Shown one piece after another: positions 22,295-33,527 of a stretch of DNA of 42,569 bases (positions are counted from its first letter, which is position 1; each line of letters starts with the position of its first letter). Source of the DNA: Octopus bimaculoides (Eukaryota). Made by a program: the position numbers and the translations under genes. The stretch covers positions 65,069,536-65,112,104 of the forward strand of contig NC_068991.1 of NCBI RefSeq assembly GCF_001194135.2. Direction: 5' to 3'. The notes under the pieces were generated by a model that had not been told where the DNA came from, searched no databases, and saw only the letters and a list, made by a program, of their open reading frames with translations.

Positions 22295-22500
22295 ATTACA
22301 AGGTCCAGTTCCTTGTTTCAGTGGGGTGATTTGTCTCAATGCCTCAATGACCCAAGAGCTATGCTATGGAGTGCAAGCTCTTGGTAGGGCCTCTAATACT
22401 GGACAGGTCAAAGAGTAGAAGCCAGACTAATATGGGCCACTTCCTCACAGAGATAAAGAAAGATGGGTTTGCATAGAGCCAACACCCTTACCTAGAAAAA
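22295..22500 (+). mobile_element. RTE-type LINE 5'-region fragment
   Basis: tgacccaagagctatgct...ggacaggtcaaagagtagaagccagactaa...agagccaacacccttacctagaaaa. An inverted homologue lies at ~32480-32690. Confidence 0.6.
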
Positions 22501-22520
22501 AAGCAAAGTTTCTGAAGTAT

Positions 22521-22933
22521 TACTCTTTTACTCTTTTACTTGTTTCAGTCATTTGACTGTGGCCATGCTGGAGCACCGCCTTTAGTCGAGCAAATCGACC
22601 CCAGGACTTATTCTTTGTAAGCCTAGTACTTATTCTATCGGTCTCTTTTGCCGAACCGCTAAGTTACGGGGACGTAAACACACCAGCATCGGTTGTCATG
22701 CGATGTTGGGGGGGACAAACACAAACACGCAAACATATACACACACATACATATATATATACATATATATGACAGGCTTCTTTCAGTTTCCGTCTACCAA
22801 ATCCACTCACAAGGCTTTGGTCGGCCCGAGGCTATAGTAGAAGACACTTGCCCAAGGTGCCACGCAGTGGGACTGAACCCGGAACCATGTGGTTGGTAAG
22901 CAAGTTACTTACCACACAGCCACTCCTACGCCT
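22521..22933 (-). mobile_element. Near-intact octopus tRNA-derived SINE (long, OK-like family)
   Basis: On the minus strand: A box TGGCTGTGTGG, B box GGTTCAGTCCC, a central TA/CA microsatellite and an (AAAGAGT)-type tandem tail. Confidence 0.9.
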
Positions 22934-23630
22934 ATGACAATTGTCTTGATGACAATTCAAAACCAACAAGACCTGGGAGAGGAAGGGGTTAATGCAGTGC
23001 AGTAAAACCCAAAAGGAAACTGCAAAGCTAACTCCCCTTCTAACCACCAGGACGGCCCAGAGGCAAGAACAGTGGCTTATGCTCCATATGGATCATATCA
23101 AACCTGGAACCTTGTGATTGCAAAATGAACTTCTTTAGCATTGATTAATGCTGTATCAATCTCTCTAGCATCTAAATAAAAAATGTGACAAATATGGAAG
23201 TACAGTGGAATGTTTTGTTTTTTTTAATTTGCAACTATTGTTGATGAAAGATTTTTATTAAAACATATTTCATTAACAAACTATAGTTTCTAGAAGTAGC
23301 AAGCTGTCTTCAAAACCAACAGGTAATATCAACCAATGAAGCTTCTATACAGTTGCTTCATCTACCAGAAACAGCAGTTAACAATCCCTAAAATTACACT
23401 ATATTGTCTTCAAAAGAAACCTCCTTGGATAATAGAGTCTCAGGAACACAATATGGAGGTGGGAGTGGGGGAGATAGTATCATCATATTTGATGTTAGAG
23501 ATCTGCTCTATCAGGATTGATCTAAGGTAAACAACCTCCAAAATATAAATTTCCAATTACTGGAGAGAAAACTAATATTTATATTTAGATGTGATTACAT
23601 GATCGGTGAGGTACTGAGATATATACATAC

Positions 23631-23750
23631 CCGAGTACGTTTAGGACTAATTTCATTAAAGTTGAGCTTCCCTGGAACAAAGTCAAACTTTCCAAGTGGT
23701 TCTTTAGTATTGATCTCTGGTGAAGGTGCTGACTCAGTTTTCCATCCCAA
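23631..23750 (-). CDS. WDR62/MAPKBP1-family exon (LGWKTESAPSPEINTKEPLGKFDFVPGKLNFNEISPKRTR)
   Basis: Acceptor ttacttccttcctttag and donor CGG|GTATGT. 120 nt, open, phase 0 to 0. Not in the ORF track. Confidence 0.82.
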
Positions 23751-25173
23751 CTAAAGGAAGGAAGTAAACAAAGTTTTTTAAATAATCTTTATTAGAGAAA
23801 TAAGAATATAAACTGTTTAGCTAGTGTTAAATACTAAATTAGTGTTAAAAAGTGTTAAATTAGGGACACTACAGTATTAGAAAATATCTCAAAAGTGATA
23901 AAGAACAAAGAAATATAATTTTTATGCTCGGCAGTGAAAAACTTTTGACTCATTTTATACATACATAATTTCTATAAATTCCCTTCTAAGAAATTCTGAA
24001 AAAAAATCTTAGTTAAGTACTTGGTATTTAGCTTGCATTGTCTTGTTAGCTTTTACAATTTTCTTTTTTGAATAGCAGCATTGATACAGAGTCTAATTTA
24101 AGACAACATAAACACAGAGACTAACTTAGGACAGCATTAATATCATAACGGAGACTAATTTATAACAGTACTACAGTAAAAAAAAATTTACCAAAGTCAA
24201 CCCAGTAAACAACAGGATACTATATTTCAGAAATATAATGCTCAAAAGATAAATATAAAATATATTTCTGTTTTGTTTATTCAATCATATTTTAAAGAGG
24301 AAAATAGTTTATACATTTTATTAAATTTAACCAGTGAGAGACCATTGTTAAATATTTTATTTGACTGTAAAACTGAAGTAAAGAAAATAATGCAGAAACT
24401 GGTATGAAATTAAAAGAATTGCAATATTTAATTAACAAATGCGTAAATGAAAGCGGTATTAAAATGTCATGAGAAACATTTTATGTAAATAACATACTTA
24501 TATTAGCGTATGTGTGTAGTTTGATAGGCATAAACATTAATGTATATATTTTAGTAGGTATGCAATTTAAGTCATACTATGATTTCACATTAGTGTCTGA
24601 ACAGATGTTGACTTGCGTGAATTGAAGACCACTGAGTAATCATGTGAAACTATCGTATGAACATAATGGGAATTACTAAAATATAAATATAATCATTGCA
24701 AGTGAATATGATCATGTACATGTATATATAAATCTAGATATAGAATATATATGTTCAACAACTAAGTACAGATATAATATAGAGTTAAATATAAAAGTTT
24801 AATAAACAAAACATATAAACCAATGCTGAAGATGAAAATGGTAGTATTAGATATAAAACAGATATGGTATTAATAGTAAAGAGGAACGGGGTTGGTGGGA
24901 AGGTAACTGACAACATATAAATGATGCAAAATACAACATTCACAGCAGCAAAGATATTCATAATTGAACAAAGATGTCATAGATAATAAAAATAAAATTA
25001 AATTGTTGATGCTAAACCGGGATATAAGTTGCAAGCAGTTAAATTGCTTCTTGTACATTATATAACAGAATATGCTGTTATCTCTTTAAGTTACATTCAT
25101 AGTTTAGTTTTATTAATGATATTTTCAAATACTATCAAAGTTTTCTGTTCATACTTTTGGATTAATAAATTAA

Positions 25174-25391
25174 CCCTTTAGCATTGTAACTAGCCATATC
25201 TGGCCAAAATATTCTCTGTTTTATGTTCACATTGTCCAGATCTAGCCTCTCACAACTACCCTACAATATCATTCTAAAAATTAATAGTTACATCATCAAA
25301 ATTTCAAAGCTATAAGGCAACACATGACTCAATCAAAACAAAGTGAATAAATAAGTATTACTTTTGAGAGAATAATGTGAATGCTAAAGGG
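25174..25391. mobile_element. piggyBac-type MITE, family B (218 bp)
   Basis: TTAA TSD on both sides and perfect 12-bp TIRs CCCTTTAGCATT / AATGCTAAAGGG. The interior differs from family A. Confidence 0.88.
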
Positions 25392-25964
25392 TTAAAGTAC
25401 CTATCAAGTACTGGAGTTGATTTAATGAACTATACTGTCTCCCTCACTCCAAAGAGACAAAATACAAAAAAAAAAAAGAATTTTTCTTCCACTCAAAAGA
25501 AACATGCAAATAAAACTGATATAAATATTAGTAATAATCCTAAGACTCCTTATCTTCTGCTGCAGTTTATCTTGCAGTTTCTTAAAGCCACCTTTCTCTC
25601 ATTTACATGAAGCCAATTTTCAATACATAATTTCACTAATTTCTCTGGCTAGCACAACAAAACATTTCTCCTGCAATCTCATTACCTATGTAAACTGAAG
25701 TTTTCAACTCGTTAGATTACATTACATATGTAAGACCTTATTGTACCGGAATTTATAGTTTTAACAGCTAATCTAAAAAGGTCACTTGTAAAGAAACAAT
25801 TATTTTTTTATTTTATCTTTAAAACTACAATTCACCACTTACAAAAACAAGACATTTCTTTGTATAAGAGAGTAAAGGTTCTGCAGGAGACAAAGGATTT
25901 TATGAACTTCAATCCACAAAAGTTTTCATTCTATTTGAAGCAAAATGTTTGGAAAGAGCAGCCA

Positions 25965-26282
25965 AGTTTATGAGCTCCTAGCTTACGATCGTGAGGTTGT
26001 GAGTTTGATTCCCAAACTGGGCTGCGTGTTGTGTTCTTGAACACGACATTTTATTTTACGTTGCTCCAGTTGACTCAGCTGTAGAAATGAGTTGTAATAT
26101 AACTGGTGCCAAGCTATATCGGCCCCTTTGCCTTTTCCTTGGATAAATGGTGCGGGAGAGGGAAGGCTAGTATGCATGGGCGACTGCTGGCCTTCCACAA
26201 ACAACTTTGTCCGGACTTGTGCCTCGGAGGGTAACTTTCTAGGTGCAATTCCATAGTCATTCATGACCAAAGCGGGTCTCTT
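25965..26282 (+). mobile_element. tRNA-derived SINE of a second family
   Basis: B-box-like gtgagtttgattccc, then gtgttgtgttcttgaac, ccagttgactcagctgtagaaatgag, and a body not shared with the long family. Confidence 0.7.
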
Positions 26283-27019
26283 CAGGTTAATGAATACCTT
26301 GTATGTGTTCATTAACCTATCAACACTGGTGCTGATTCTATTACACCTCAAAGAACCAGGCAATAAAAGTGAAAATAATATAGCCATACTTGGCATCCAA
26401 TTATTTATATATTAACTTTTGTACTCCACTTAGATGTCTAATCCAGAAAATGATAGATCGTACAGTAAGCATGATTTTTTTCTTCTTATGCAACCATCTA
26501 CTCTGTTAGCTTTCAACCTTCTACATTCAATCTTGTCGACAATGGTGCATACCACTAAATAGCAGGGAATTTGCTTTATCCATTCTAACAGTTGCCATTG
26601 TTTCCAAATAATAGTCTACAGATACCAACTAGACACATATAATTTTATCTTTCAACATGGTAGACTAAGAACCTCTCTTGGTTACTTACATTTTAAACAA
26701 TACTACACATGGTATTGCTGTGGATGGTGAACATAAAAAGATGAGTATAAAACACCTCACCTACCAGTGAGTGGGCCCTGAAATCAAGTCAATATAACTG
26801 GCAGAATACTGAAGAAGAAAATCAGCCTTTATAGCTACTCTCTTTGGATTTGTTGCTGAAATAACTCCAGACTATTTAGTCTGATCAAATGGTTGGCAGT
26901 AAGAAGGGGAGCAGCTCTTAAGAGCAGTTTCTATAGAGGAACGTACAATGTATGAGATATTCCCAGGTAGAAGAGACTCCTTTCATAAGAATTAGTGAAA
27001 CCTAGTATCTACTACTTAC

Positions 27020-27085
27020 TACTTCCAAGTTCTTTTTTGTTTCAGAAGCAGCACGAGCCATGATATCTTTGCTTCTTTGCAAAGG
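27020..27085 (-). CDS. WDR62/MAPKBP1-family exon (PLQRSKDIMARAASETKKNLEV)
   Basis: Acceptor gttcttctttacag and donor GTA|GTAAGT. 66 nt, phase 0 to 0. Confidence 0.8.
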
Positions 27086-27974
27086 CTGTAAAGAAGAACA
27101 TGCTGTGTAAGAGGAATACAAACATGCAGTGTAAGAGGAATACAAACATGCAAGTGCAGGAGGAACACAGGAAGAAAAAGGGTTAAAAAAAAAGTTCAAG
27201 ATTTCGTTTTTCATTGCTAGTCTAAATTAATGGGGGTGAGGGTAATTCACCCACCTCTCAGTCAGTTCTTGATTCCCTTTTCTTTAAGACGCTAATATGT
27301 TTGACCCCAACCATCTCCATATGAATATAGTAAGGTGGTAAAAACCAAGAGATTTGATCAAGAACAATATGTAACAGGATACAAAGTCGCATCTATAAGG
27401 TTTATGCCTCAGCAACTGTGACTTACATTGAAGTGTCTCTCTCGCTTTTACTGTGTATGTATGTATGTATGTATGTATGTATATATATATANNNNNNNNN
27501 NNNNNNNNNNNNNNNNNNNNNNNNNNNNNNNNNNNNNNNNNNNNNNNNNNNNNNNNNNNNNNNNNNNNNNNNNNNNNNNNNNNNNNNNNNNNNNNNNNNN
27601 NNNNNNNNNNNNNNNNNNNNNNNNNNNNNNNNNNNNNNNNNNNNNNNNNNNNNNNNNNNNNNNNNNNNNNNNNNNNNNNNNNNNNNNNNNNNNNNNNNNN
27701 NNNNNNNNNNNNNNNNNNNNNNNNNNNNNNNNNNNNNNNNNNNNNNNNNNNNNNNNNNNNNNNNNNNNNNNNNNNNNNNNNNNNNNNNNNNNNNNNNNNN
27801 NNNNNNNNNNNNNNNNNNNNNNNNNNNNNNNNNNNNNNNNNNNNNNNNNNNNNNNNNNNNNNNNNNNNNNNNNNNNNNNNNNNNNNNNNNNNNNNNNNNN
27901 NNNNNNNNNNNNNNNNNNNNNNNNNNNNNNNNNNNNNNNNNNNNNNNNNNNNNNNNNNNNNNNNNNNNNNNNNN

Positions 27975-28169
27975 TAAAGATAGTTATGGCTGGTCTATGG
28001 GGTAATCCAGGGTTTCACATCCATAAAGCACTCAGTTTTACAGTGTCTCACCAGCTGGTGGTCTATAACCTCTCACTGGTCATTAAGGCCTGATAAGGCA
28101 ATGTAAAACTAAGTGCTTTACGGATACAAGACCCTGAGTAACCCCATAGACCATCCATAACTACCTTTA
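27975..28169. repeat. Foldback palindrome, probably a MITE; left end runs into an N-gap
   Basis: 27975-~28050 (taaagatagttatggctggtctatggggtaatccaggg...aaagcactcagttttaca) is a close reverse complement of ~28094-28169, with a short central loop. Confidence 0.9.
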
Positions 28170-28393
28170 TCTAAATACTCTATTGCTCTATAACTTAAAG
28201 TGTGCTTCTCCTTTGGATTTATGATTTACTGACAATATAAGTGACAAAGTACTTATGCCAGTATATCAACTGCAAAAATTGCATAACTGATTACATGGCA
28301 ACGCTTACATGCAATGGTGTTAAGAACAGAGTGGCACTGAAATAATTTCAACTCATGATAAAGACGTACTAAATTCATTATTCATCTTCTTAC

Positions 28394-28424
<31 letters not shown>

Positions 28425-28432
<8 letters not shown>

Positions 28433-28615
28433 GGCATGGCTCTGTGGTCAGGAAGCTTGCTTCCCAGCTACATGGTTTCAGGTTCAGTCCCACCGCGTGG
28501 CATCTTGGGCAAGTGTCTTCTGCTATAGCCCCGGGCCGACCGAAGCTTTGTGATTGAATTTGGTAGGCAGAAGTTACTGCCGTGTGTGTATATGTCTGTA
28601 TGTGCTTGTGCCTCT
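28425..28615 (+). mobile_element. Long-family SINE, 5' half
   Basis: ggcatggctctgtggtcaggaagcttgc...ggttcagtcccaccgcgtggcatcttgggcaagtgtcttc. Confidence 0.8.
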
Positions 28616-28893
28616 CTCCCAAAGAGAGAGAGAGAGAGAGAGAGGGATAGCATATGATAAATTCAAATACTTTTTAGCAAGATACAGAAATGTCAAGATG
28701 CCATATGCAGAACCCTCAAACATAAGCTAAGGGAGATCAAAAGATCAGGGTTCGACAGGAACAATAAATTTCAGTCAGAATTTGTTGGAGATGAGAGAAG
28801 ATGCTCATGAGGCAGGTTGAAAGAATAAAATATAAAATACCAATTTAATACCAGGAGAGACATGCCAGAATAGTCCAAATTTTAGTTGGAATG

Positions 28894-28896
<3 letters not shown>

Positions 28897-28936
<40 letters not shown>

Positions 28937-28939
28937 GAG
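28897..28939. repeat. (GA)n microsatellite
   Basis: Direct inspection; it starts about 50 nt past the donor of exon 28991-29068. Confidence 0.95.
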
Positions 28940-28990
28940 TTGATTTCCCCATGCAAGAGTTGAGGGGATAAAAACTGGTGTTGAACAAAC

Positions 28991-29068
28991 CTGTGTGCTT
29001 TGACGGACTGATATATGTGATTGGTGATTAGACAGAACCAGAGAAGGTGAAGAAGGAGTAGGAGTATG
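28991..29068 (-). CDS. WDR62/MAPKBP1-family exon (HTPTPSSPSLVLSNHQSHISVRQSTQ)
   Basis: Acceptor tatctgttgcag and donor CAG|GTTTGT. 78 nt, phase 0 to 0, so it is symmetric and could be skipped. Confidence 0.7.
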
Positions 29069-29828
29069 CTGCAACAGATATAGCTACAAAGTGCAACAAA
29101 CTGTGACAGAATTTTACAACATTTAACAACCTTCAATTGGGAGTTGGATGGGGTGGGCTGGGGGTGGGTAGGGGCTTCTCAAACTTAAAGGTGAAAGGCA
29201 AATAAAGACACATAAGCAAAAATAATAACAACCAAATATATCAAGAGTGGGACTTCAATAACACATTCTACAAAAAAAAAAAAACACTCTTTACAATCTT
29301 TGTTCCCAGGAAGCAAAAGTTTTGTTTTATTATTTCCAACCAATAACATCTACTGGTTATTAGCAGAGTCTTGGCTGACCTGGAAAGGCAATGGGCACTG
29401 TCCTACCTTCTCAAGACTAGCAAACCAATCAAATGTGTGTGTGCACACATAAAGAAGAGTGAAAAATGACATTCAATAATATTAGATAAATATATTTGAA
29501 TCCTAATAAAGAGATATATGTATATTCAATCTCCACAGTTTTATAACTCAGTTGTAAGGTATGTGTGTTGCACATATTTAGGTTTAAATCTAAATCTAAG
29601 CATGGAGAACAACATTTGAGACATTTTATTTCATGTCACCTTCCTCTGTCTGTAAGATATTAATACAGCCTTAGCAGTATTTCAGTGAAAGTAGTTTCTG
29701 AGACAGAAGTATTCACTATAATAGAAAATACAGGCATGATTTGGTTGCAGCAGTGTCCACTCTTCAATAACCTCTACTTTTATTGCACTGACCTGTAAAC
29801 AAACTTTTTGCTTTCAAATGATCCTGAT

Positions 29829-29829
29829 T

Positions 29830-29867
<38 letters not shown>
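29829..29867. repeat. (GAT)n microsatellite
   Basis: Direct inspection; the motif matches the RTE-family 3' tails seen elsewhere in the window. Confidence 0.95.
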
Positions 29868-29868
<1 letters not shown>

Positions 29869-30129
29869 ACTGGAGTATCAGAAACAACAGAATGACAGAC
29901 TTAGATCCCTTTATGTCTTGCAGTTAACTTTGCCTAAGTTGATTAAATCTATCCTGCTCCTTCCTTGATTTATGACTGGTGCCAAAATCCAAATTTAGTA
30001 ATCAATATTAACTGTACCATCTCCAACAGATGGCCCTTAATGTTTCTACTTCAAATCCTGTTAAGGTATGTTTGTTTTCTATCCTTTTGTAATCAGTAAA
30101 CTAAAGAACCAATTTGAGGCCTATTTAAC

Positions 30130-31205
30130 TGATATCTCATCTTCATTTAATGTCTTTTTTTCCATGCTGGCAAGGGTTGTATAGTTCAACAGGAACTGGC
30201 ATGTCAAAGGACTGCACCAAACTCTAATATCTCCTCCCTCCAAATCTCTGGTCTTGCACTTATGATAGAAACAATTACTACTTTTATTATTATAAGGTAG
30301 AAAAGGTGGTGAGCTGACAGAATCGTTAGCATGCCAAGCAAAATACTTAGCAGCCATTTCGTCCACTGTGAGTTCAAATTCCACCAACATCAACTTTGCC
30401 TTTCAGAGTCGATAAATCAAGTACCAGTGGAGTTGATGTAATTGACTAGTCCTCTCCCATCAACAAATTTCAGGCCAAATGCCACCATGGTTGACTGTCC
30501 TTCATGCTCTCAAGGTTGATAAAAATAAGTACCAGTTAAGCACTGGGGTCGATGTAAGCAACCAGTCATCACCTCATCCCACCAAATTTCAGTCTTTATG
30601 CCCAGAGTAGAAAGAATTATTATAAAAAGTGGTGAATTGGCAAAATCCTGACAGCATCAAATAAGATGCCTTCCAGTAGTTCTTCAGTTCTTTACATTCT
30701 GAGTCCCAGCCTCACAAGGCCAACTTTGCTTTTCAACTCCTTAGGTTGATAAAGTACCAGTCAAGTATTGTGAAGAGTGAGGGGCAATGTTATCAACCAA
30801 TTCTTCCTTTAAATATCAGGCTTTGTGTCATAATGGAAACATCACAGCCATTAATATAAATCATTATTATTAAGGCAGCGAACTGGCAGAACCCTGAGTA
30901 TGCCAGAACTGACTTACTCCTCCCCTAAAACACCTGGCTTTGTGCAAAAATCTAGAAGAATTTTTTTTGTTTTTTATTTATTATTATCAATATGGGAACA
31001 TCAAAAGCAGCAAACTAGCAGAATCTTTACTGTGTTGGACAAAATGTTTAACAGCATTTCTTTAAGCTCTGAGATCAAATGTCGCCATGGTCCACTTTGC
31101 TTTCATCTTTTAGGGGTTGATAGAATAAGAACCAGTTGAGCACTGAGGCCAATCTAAGTCCCTACCCCAAATTTCAGGCTTTGTGCCTATAATAGAAAGG
31201 ATTAA
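30130..31205 (+). mobile_element. Head-to-tail stack of about five degraded short-family SINEs
   Basis: Repeated heads (aaggtggtgagctgacag 30303, aagtggtgaattggcaaa 30627, aaggcagcgaactggcag 30872) and cores (actttgc...ttgataaa...accag near 30390, 30510, 30720, 31100), joined by attattat tails. Confidence 0.75.
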
Positions 31206-32479
31206 TATTGGAACATCATAACATATCTAGCTGAGATGGTAGATAACTTGTTGCTATATGTAAGGATAGTTCACTTTCCTAAACTAAACATTTTCAATTA
31301 ATATTTACACAAAGGTTTAACCACGCCAACATGGAAAACAGACGTTAAATGATGATAATGCTGATTTAAAGCTGATATCAACCAAGGGATTGGAAAAAGG
31401 GGATTACAGTTAGTAAAAGGAATAAATAATACTTTAGTAAAATATATTCCTATTAATAATTTTGAGTATGTTAATATAAAAGTTATTTGGAAATTTACAA
31501 AAAAATATTTAAGTAATATGAAGATTAAAATCAGGAAAAATCAAAATGAAGGAAAATTCAAGAGGAACAACCTCAAAATGGGAAAAATACAAAAAAAGCA
31601 AACAAAACAAAACAAACACACAAACTAACTTGTTTCCATAACAACATGTAGAGTTTACAAAATAAACCAAATCAAAGAAAAAAAGTAGAAATTGTCCCAA
31701 ATTGCTTGATGAGGCAACAATAGAAAGTGTATGGAGTCATTTTCCCATAGCAATGTCAACTGTCACTAGGTTACCAATTCTAGTGATTAGACACACACAC
31801 ACACACATTATTGACGTTAATAGTATCTGGATGATTCATTGATACTATGGCTGTTGAAATATTCAAAATAGTCAGAGGGAGAAATGGAGCATTGTTGGAA
31901 GAATTAGAATGACAGAGCTTTGAACAAAATTTGGTGGTTGTTATTTTTAGCAGCTCAAGAAGCCATACAGCAGTTACCTCACTGAGTCATTAAAAATTAT
32001 AAAAGAACGGATAGCTATCAGTACAGTGTAAGTTAATCCTCGAAAATAACACAACACTCTCCTTCATATAACAAGTCCTAAATCCTACCACAATATACTA
32101 CAATCAAGGTGATCGCTCTAATTGTTAAATTTAACTCAAAATAGAAATATTTATTTACATGTCTCATGTATAACAATCAACCCTGCAGATGTGTTGTGCA
32201 GGTTTTAAAAAATGGTTGGAATTTAAATACAATTAAATAGCAACAGTGAATGTGACAAATGTACAGCAGATCAATAGGGAACAAAATTTTATTTCTTATT
32301 ACCATTATTTATTTCACTGAAGACCTTTTCTATGGAACAGAGGCCAATGACAACTTTTCTTCATTATTCTCAACTCTGGCCTTGGGGGTCTTCTTACCGT
32401 CCTCTCTCAGGTTTTGGTTCTGAATTGTCATCAATGCATCTGTAACTTTGTTTGGACCCACCACCACCACCACCAGATA

Positions 32480-32692
32480 TGGGAATTAGCCCTACACAAC
32501 CAAACCCCATTTTTACTTCTTGGAAGAGGTGATCCATATTAGTTTGGCTTCTATCCTTCCGCCTGTCTTACGTGGGCAACGTTACCAGCAGTTTGTGCCC
32601 CAGTAGCAGAGCTCTGAGGGTCACAAAAGCACAGAAGCCACCAGATCACAAGGACTGGACCTTGTGATGGTTTTTGTTAGCATAATTCTGCT
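32480..32692 (-). mobile_element. RTE-type LINE 5'-region fragment, second copy
   Basis: The reverse complement ccatcacaaggtccagtcc...gaccctcagagctctgct...gacaggcggaaggatagaagccaaactaatatgg aligns by eye to 22295-22500. Confidence 0.6.
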
Positions 32693-32759
32693 GAAATATA
32701 CTGGTTTGTCTCAGTAAATTTTTTTAAATAATGAAGAATTTAAAATAATTCATTATTAA

Positions 32760-32968
32760 GCCTTTTGTTATGATATTTCTGCTGAAGAACATTGTTTTTC
32801 TTTCAATTACTTTAAGAAATAAGGAAGAATATAGCAAGATAAACTGTTGATATTAAGCTGATGTTTGGGATAAATTAACATGGAAGCTTTAATTTAGATC
32901 AACTTGAAACAGGAAGTTTGTACCATTGAACCAAGGGGGTAATCACAGATGGGTTGGTATCAAAAGAG
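32760..32968. mobile_element. piggyBac-type MITE, family A-like, degraded copy
   Basis: TTAA|GCCTTTTGTTA ... TATCAAAAGAG|TTAA. Shares internal ttctttcaattacttt and ttaagct with the 7058 copy. A partial repeat of its right half follows at ~32975-33080. Confidence 0.65.
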
Positions 32969-33478
32969 TTAAACTGGTGTTTGGAACAAACACAAAATTT
33001 TGATAGAAAATTTAAATCGTTTTAAAATGGGAAGCTTGTGTTATAGAGTCAGGGATGGTCACAGGAAGTTGGTATCAAGATTGAACAATTCTACATTAGA
33101 AGTGACAGAGAATGCAACAACTCTGGGAAAGAGAGTTATATTGTCTCACATGAAATATATTTAATACCTGCCTTAAAACAATTATGAATGATAAACTAGA
33201 CCTTCTGTATTCGTATGCATTTCAGGATGTTACAATGGGTAGTACAATTTCTAGTCAGCCATAATATAACAGACAGTCACCCAGATATTATTAACGAAAA
33301 GACAATTCCAATTGTTCCACAGAAATAAGAACCAACATATCAAGGTATTATAGCAATATAACATTTCACAAACGAAACAGAAAATTACTGAGAGCTTTAA
33401 AGACTCAGTTAAGTGGACAGCTGGAATTAAATGTTTAATAACATCAAGCTGGTGCCTATGAAAGAAGTCAATACTTAC

Positions 33479-33527
33479 ATCATACCAGTTATCTTGTCTT
33501 TGAATACTATTATAGAAAGCAAGGTTT
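33479..33527 (-). CDS. WDR62/MAPKBP1-family exon (NLAFYNSIQRQDNWYD)
   Basis: Acceptor tttctatttccag and donor GAT|GTAAGT. 49 nt, phase 2 to 0. Confidence 0.82.

Noticed and set aside
22840-22933. tRNA genes at SINE heads (also 28430, 35375, 20365)
   Set aside because: A and B boxes are present, but there is no cloverleaf or acceptor stem and they continue into SINE bodies.
26300-26352. Exon-like segment within ORF 25983..26396
   Set aside because: Phase-0 readings hit stops, and the rest of the ORF is antisense SINE sequence.
32398-32439. Exon-like segment ttacag|ATGCATTGA...GACG|GTAAGA
   Set aside because: The required phase-0 frame hits TGA at codon 3, and it lies next to an RTE-derived fragment.
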